Origin: Macrostomum lignano | Lineage: Eukaryota | DNA: 64,000 nucleotides | Assembly: GCA_002269645.1 (NCBI GenBank) | Contig: NIVC01000983.1 | Span: forward strand, 124,001-188,000 | Direction of reading: 5' to 3' | Part shown: positions 60,395 through 64,000 of the stretch, piece by piece | Position numbering within the stretch: position 1 is the stretch's first letter | Layout of the letters: each line of letters begins with the position of its first letter | The notes under the pieces: generated by a model | The model's database searches: none | What the model saw: only the letters and a program-made list of their open reading frames with translations | Told to the model about the DNA's origin: nothing | Translations under genes and position numbers: made by a program

Positions 60395-62305
60395 TAGCTT
60401 AATATATCCAAATCCCATAGATTAACATCCCAATCCCATGGATTAATATCCCAATCCCATAGATTAGTGTCCCAATCCCATAGATTAATATCCCAATCCC
60501 ATAGATTAATATCCCAATCCCATAGATTAATATCCCAATCCCATGGATTAATATCCCAATCCCATAGATTAATATCCCAATCCCATAGATTAATATCCCA
60601 ATCCCATAGATTAATATCCCAATCCCATAGATTAGTGTCCCAATCCCATAGATTAATATCCCAATACCATAGATTGGTGTCCCAATCCCATAGATTAATA
60701 TCCCAATCCCATAGATAAATATCCCAATCCCATAGATTAGTGTCCCAATCCCATAGATTAATATCCCAATCCCATAGATTAACATCCCAATCCCATGGAT
60801 TAATATCCCAATCCCATAGATTAATATCCCAATCCCATAGATTAATATCCCAATCCCATAGATTAATATCCCAATCCCATAGATAAATATCCCAATCCCA
60901 TAGAATAGTGTCCCAATCCCATAGATTAATATCCCAATCCCATAGATTAACATCCCAATCCCATGGATTAATATCCCAATCCCATAGATTAATATCCCAA
61001 TCCCATAGATTAATATCCCAATCCCATAGATTAATATCCCAATCCCATAGATTAGTGTCCCAATCCCATAGATTAATATCCCAATCCCATGGATTAGTGT
61101 CCCAATCCCATAGATTAATATCCCAATCCCATAGATTATTATCCCAATCCCATAGATTAATATCCCAATCCCATAGATTAATATCCCAATCCCATGGATT
61201 AGTGTCCCAATCCCATAGATTAATATCCCAATCCCATAGATTAATATCCCAATCCCATAGATTAATATCCCAATCCCATAGATTAATATCCCAATCCCAT
61301 AGATTAGTGTCCCAATCCCATAGATTAATATCCCAATCCCATGGATTGGTGTCCCAATCCCATAGATTAATATCCCAATCCCATAGATAAATATCCCAAT
61401 CCCATAGATTAGTGTCCCAATCCCATAGATTAATATCCCAATCCCATAGATTAACATCCCAATCCCATGGATTAATATCCCAATCCCATAGATTAATATC
61501 CCAATCCCATAGATTAATATCCCAATCCCATAGATAAATATCCCAATCCCATAGATTAATATCCCAATCCCATAGATTAATATCCCAATCCCATGGATTA
61601 GTGTCCCAATCCCATAGATTAATATCCCAATCCCATAGATTATTATCCCAATCCCATAGATTAATATCCCAATCCCATAGATTAATATCCCAATCCCATA
61701 GATTAATATCCCAATCCCATAGATTAATATCCCAATCCCATAGATTATTATCCCAATCCCATAGATTAATATCCCAATCCCATGGATTAGTGTCCCAATC
61801 CCATAGATTAATATCCCAATCCCATAGATTATTATCCCAATCCCATAGATTAATATCCCAATCCCATAGATTAATATCCCAATCCCATGGATTAGTGTCC
61901 CAATCCCATAGATTAATATCCCAATCCCATAGATAAATATCCCAATCCCATAGATTAGTGTCCCAATCCCATAGATTAATATCCCAATACCATAGATTAA
62001 TATCCAAATCCCATAGATTAATATCCCAAACTTATAGATTAATATCCCGATCCCATAAATAAATATCCCAATCCTATGGATTAATATCCCAATCCCATAG
62101 ATTAACATCCCAATCCCATGGATTAATATCCCAATCCCATAGATTAATATCCCGATCCCATAGATAAACATCCCAATCCTATGGATTAATATCCCGATTC
62201 CATACATAAATATCCCAATCCTATGGATTAATATCCCAATCCCATAGATTAATATCTAAATCCCATAGATTAATATCCCAATACCATAGTTCAACATCCC
62301 AATAC
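60395..62305. repeat. 21-bp minisatellite (ATCCCAATCCCATAGATTAAT)n
   Basis: About 90 units with recurring variant blocks. Confidence 0.97.
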
Positions 62306-62641
62306 CTAGTTGCTTGTGTTAATCCCTCTGCTGCTTATTCAGTGGTAGGCTTTAATTAGGCGAAAAACAATATTAAAACGTGGCCAACTCAGCGCATTAT
62401 CTTTCTGTATTTGAACTTTCGCTAACATTTTAAATGTTTATTCGGCATTACTCTTTTAAAAAGTTTTAAAGCTTTTCCTGTTTTTTAAAGCCCAGTTTTT
62501 TTGCCACTTGCCAACTCTGCCAAAGCCGTTTAGGAAGATTGTTTTAGTTGAATTAAACTTTTCACTTCTCTCTGTGCAGCTCTGTTTCATTTATCCTACT
62601 GTTAGTAGAGCAATAGATATATGTACATTTAACTTGACTTT

Positions 62642-63945
62642 TCACTCAGAAAGTTCTTAGCCTGAACACGAAAACAGCAACAAATGAACTAAAAAACGAC
62701 TACAAGTGCTCAAAATACTCTCCACCGGCATTGATACAGGCTTGCATCCTGTGAAACCAGCTGTCAAAGCACTGCCGCCAATCCTCATCCCGGAGCTCTT
62801 CGATGATGTTTTTGAACTCATTCACAGCTTCTTCCGGTGAAGAAAAGACCTGACCCATCAGAATCTCCTTGCACTTCGGAAACAGAAAAAAGTCGCACAG
62901 TGCCAGGTCTGGACTATACGCAGGGTGAGTCATCAGCTGGACCCCACAGTCAGCCAGAAACTCAAGAGTTTGAGCCGCCGTGTGCTCGCTGGCGTTGTCG
63001 TGGTGCAGAAGCACCCCGCGCATTCCGCACCTTGGGCGCCTCTGGCTCACAGCAGAAAAGACTTTGGGCAGGCAAACCGTTGTGTACCAGTCAGCGGTGA
63101 CTGTCTGGCGATCTTCAAGTGAAACGGAAGCCACATGCCCAGTGCGCATGAAGAAACAGGCCACCATCTGCTTGCCGACACTCCGGCTGCGTCGAAACTT
63201 GGTGGGGCTGTCCTCGTCTCCAAAGGTCCACATGGCTGACTGGCGCTTGCTTTCGGGGTCGTATTGATAAATCCAGGTCTCATCGCCCGTGAGGATGTCC
63301 CGGATACGCCGGCTGGTCCCAGATTCGAATTTCTGCAGCATGAATCGGCACCAAGCCACCCTGGTGTCCTTCTGCACGTCCGACAGCTGATGGGGGATCC
63401 ACCGGGAAGCCAGCTTCCGCACTCCAAGGTGTTCGTGCAGAATGGCGTGCACACTACCCGATCCAATACCGATCTCCTGCTGGATCTGCTGGTAGGTCAC
63501 TCGCCGGTCAGCGGCAATCATGCTGGACACAGCGCAGATATTTTCTGGAGTCACTGCGTCACAGGGTCTCCCGGATCGATGTTCATCTTCGAGGCTTTCT
63601 CGACCTCGGCGAAACTCAGCGAACCAGTTTTTGACGGTTGCTTATGAAGGACATACATGGGTAAAAACGTTCTGTAAAGTTTGATACGATTCGGTCGGCG
63701 ACTTGCCTTGCTTGAAGTGCAAGTAAATCATTGCTCTGAAGTCGCGATTTTCCAGCTTCATTGTTGAATTGAAGAACTCAGGGGGTGAACTGACTTTAAC
63801 TCGCTGCAGTGGACTCAAAAGTGGCTGCTTCTGTTTGAAATTTTTGTTGCAATACTTTTAAAAGTTGGTCTTTACCATAGACAAATTTCATGCTTCTACG
63901 TCTCGTGGATCCTACTCAGGCTAAAGACTTTCTGAGTGACCCTCG
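62642..63945 (-). mobile_element. Mariner (DD34D) transposon, defective
   Basis: Right TIR intact (reverse complement TA-CGAGGGTCACTCAGAAAGTCTTTAGCCTGA, TA at 63946-63947). Left TIR TCACTCAGAAAGTTCTTAGCCTGA lacks its outer ~7 nt. Confidence 0.92.
62700..63761 (-). pseudogene. Mariner transposase with premature stop at codon 40
   Basis: ATG 63761 MKLENRDFRAMIY..CPS*ATVKNWFAEFRRGRESLED (TAA 63644-63642). WIPHQL, TGDETW, HHDNA and YSPDLALCDFFLF motifs; 354 codons in total. Confidence 0.92.
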
Positions 63946-64000
63946 TACCCTATTAACCAAAGACAAGTCTGTAAATGCATTGAATATTCCTCCTCTGTGC

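Noticed and set aside
53524-62207. Long ORFs of 380-600 aa ([13 protein letters not shown].., WDWDINL.., YGIGILI..)
   Set aside because: They are pure 23-bp and 21-bp tandem repeats, the former inside a PANK intron on the opposite strand.
2348-62305. Regular repeat arrays as CRISPR candidates
   Set aside because: There are no unique spacers and no cas genes, and the context is eukaryotic.

Overview
Metazoan nuclear DNA, very repeat-rich. The GC-rich poly-Gln exons and a minisatellite in most introns suggest a free-living flatworm such as Macrostomum; this is an inference, not a database match. Genes reconstructed by hand with GT-AG junctions: a secreted PAN/apple + LamG-like protein (+), a nearly intronless DEKA-type voltage-gated sodium channel Nav1 (-), a PAR-family bZIP factor (-), a possible small single-pass membrane protein (+), ERLEC1/XTP3-B (-, 5 exons, 15.5-kb intron 3), a claudin-like gene nested antisense in ERLEC1 intron 2 (+), pantothenate kinase (+, 5 exons) and a TDP-43-like RRM protein (+, 3 exons). 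Mobile DNA: a 14.6-kb head-to-tail chain of five non-autonomous Helitrons (four with a tRNA-like Pol III cassette), a family of hAT-type MITEs with 8-bp TSDs that carries a 28S rRNA fragment spanning the R2/I-PpoI target site, a 5'-truncated RTE LINE, Charlie-like hAT MITEs, a 10-bp-TSD TIR element and a dead mariner. A 3.1-kb near-perfect palindrome lies upstream of Nav1. Four reading frames each need +1 nt in a G/C homopolymer, most likely long-read consensus errors. The most unusual signals are the 28S-carrying MITEs, whose central cleavage-site bases differ between copies, and the Helitron concatemer.
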